NCBI GenBank assembly: GCA_026014735.1
Contig: JAOZHT010000004.1
Location: 93,321-157,320 of the forward strand
From: Candidatus Bathyarchaeota archaeon
Lineage (GTDB): Archaea; Thermoproteota; Bathyarchaeia; Bathyarchaeales; Bathycorpusculaceae
Direction of reading: 5' to 3'
Length of the DNA stretch: 64,000 nucleotides
Part shown: piece after piece, positions 63,274 through 64,000 of the stretch
How positions within the stretch are numbered: position 1 is the first letter of the stretch
Layout of the letters: every line of letters starts with the position of its first letter
Notes under the pieces: model-generated
What the model was told of the DNA's origin: nothing
The model's database searches: none
Seen by the model: the letters and a program-made list of their open reading frames with translations, nothing else
Position numbers and translations under genes: made by a program

Positions 63274-64000
63274 CTAAATGGGGTGGAACCCAGTGCTCTT
63301 CAGCCCCGAGGTCTCATCTATACCCATCATTATGTTGAGGCATTGTACACCCTGACCCGCCGCGCCCTTCACCATATTATCCACTGCACTGAAGAGTATG
63401 AGGCGGTTAGCGTGCTCATCGATTTCGAAGCCTACATCACAGAAGTTGGTGCCTGTGGTGACTTTGGGGTCAGGCAACTGGTAGGGTCCCTTCTGGTACT
63501 TCACCAACCGCACAAACGGCTCAGAGCCGTACATGCCGCGCAGGGCTTTCCAGAGGTCCTTGTTTTGGATGGGCTGCTTGGGGAAAGTGTGGATGGTCGC
63601 AAGGATGCCGCGGATCATGTTGACGGCATGCGGCGTGAAGCTGATTTTTACGGGTCCGCCCAGCGGCGCAAGTTCCTGTTCAACTTCGGCTATGTGGCGG
63701 TGACCCACAACCTTGTAGGGACGCACACCTCCAGCGCGTTCGGGATGGTGACCGGCAAGGGAAGGCTTGCTACCGCCACCTGAAGACCCGACTTTAAGGT
63801 CAACAACTACGTGGTCTGTGTCGATTAAGCCAGCTTTCACAACTGGGGCTAAGCCAAGGATGGCGGCGGTGGCTTCGCAGCCCGCGCAGGCCACGAGCTT
63901 TGCGGTTTTGATTTCTTCACGGTGCAGCTCAGGCAAGCCGTAGGCGGCTGTTTTTAGCATTTCGGGGTGCGCATGCTCCCAGCCGTAGTAGGTGGGGTAA
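63274..64000 (-). CDS. lysY: N-acetyl-gamma-glutamyl-phosphate / [LysW]-aminoadipyl-phosphate reductase, C-terminal part (5' end outside the window)
   Basis: YGLPELHREEI and the active-site context ACAGCEATAAILGLAP. The reading frame stays open upstream of the listed ATG to the window edge (YPTYYGWEHAHPE-MLKTAAYGLPEL). Confidence 0.9.
   Translation of the reverse strand, partial: YPTYYGWEHAHPEMLKTAAYGLPELHREEIKTAKLVACAGCEATAAILGLAPVVKAGLIDTDHVVVDLKVGSSGGGSKPSLAGHHPERAGGVRPYKVVGHRHIAEVEQELAPLGGPVKISFTPHAVNMIRGILATIHTFPKQPIQNKDLWKALRGMYGSEPFVRLVKYQKGPYQLPDPKVTTGTNFCDVGFEIDEHANRLILFSAVDNMVKGAAGQGVQCLNIMMGIDETSGLKSTGFHPI

Noticed and set aside
1-64000. Search for CRISPR arrays, tRNA/rRNA genes, transposases, integrases and terminal inverted repeats
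   Set aside because: I saw no regularly spaced direct repeats, no T-loop/cloverleaf candidates (the GTTCGAA-like strings at ~4040 have no flanking stems), no rRNA-like conserved stretches, and no DDE, tyrosine or serine recombinase motifs. This was visual inspection only, so small or degenerate elements could have been missed.

Overview
This 64-kb chromosomal segment looks archaeal. Supporting this: an RPA-type OB-fold ssDNA-binding protein, a TrmB regulator, a LysW-type lysY-Z-J-K gene order, an ACT-domain regulator, C-terminally TM-anchored surface proteins, and TATA-like boxes about 35-40 nt upstream of several starts. The lineage is unverified. I recognised no rRNA, tRNA, CRISPR array, transposase or integrase.

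The backbone is an unusually dense set of amino-acid biosynthesis operons:
- aroC, chorismate mutase, aminotransferase, tyrA, GATase (1-3674, +)
- ilvB, ilvN, leuC, leuD, leuB, leuA, pheA (13139-5694, -)
- argG, argH, carA, carB (28671-21473, -)
- thrC, hom, aspartate kinase (32021-35737, +)
- lysY, lysZ, lysJ, lysK (64000-60152, -)

Between these operons sit accessory islets: HEPN/MNT and VapBC toxin-antitoxin pairs, a surface-protein islet (a PQQ beta-propeller protein plus NosD-like beta-helix proteins), Hsp20, and tandem small membrane proteins.

Two regions deserve follow-up:
1. 38.8-49.9 kb is a glycan or surface-modification locus. It has three paralogous STT3/AglB-like GT-C membrane proteins that lack the WWD motif, one of them split by a frameshift at an A6 run. 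It also has GT2, GT4, a CE4 deacetylase and a SPASM radical-SAM enzyme.
2. 50.0-58.9 kb is a nucleic-acid-enzyme neighbourhood. It has a 600-aa beta-CASP metallo-beta-lactamase nuclease, a Cys-rich membrane protein and a zinc-ribbon miniprotein. It also has a 1454-aa Fe-S PD-(D/E)xK nuclease fused to a Upf1/Dna2-like SF1B helicase, and two paralogous ~40-aa lysine-rich microproteins flanking a Rieske gene.

All functional calls come from motif recognition by eye. No searches or computations were run.
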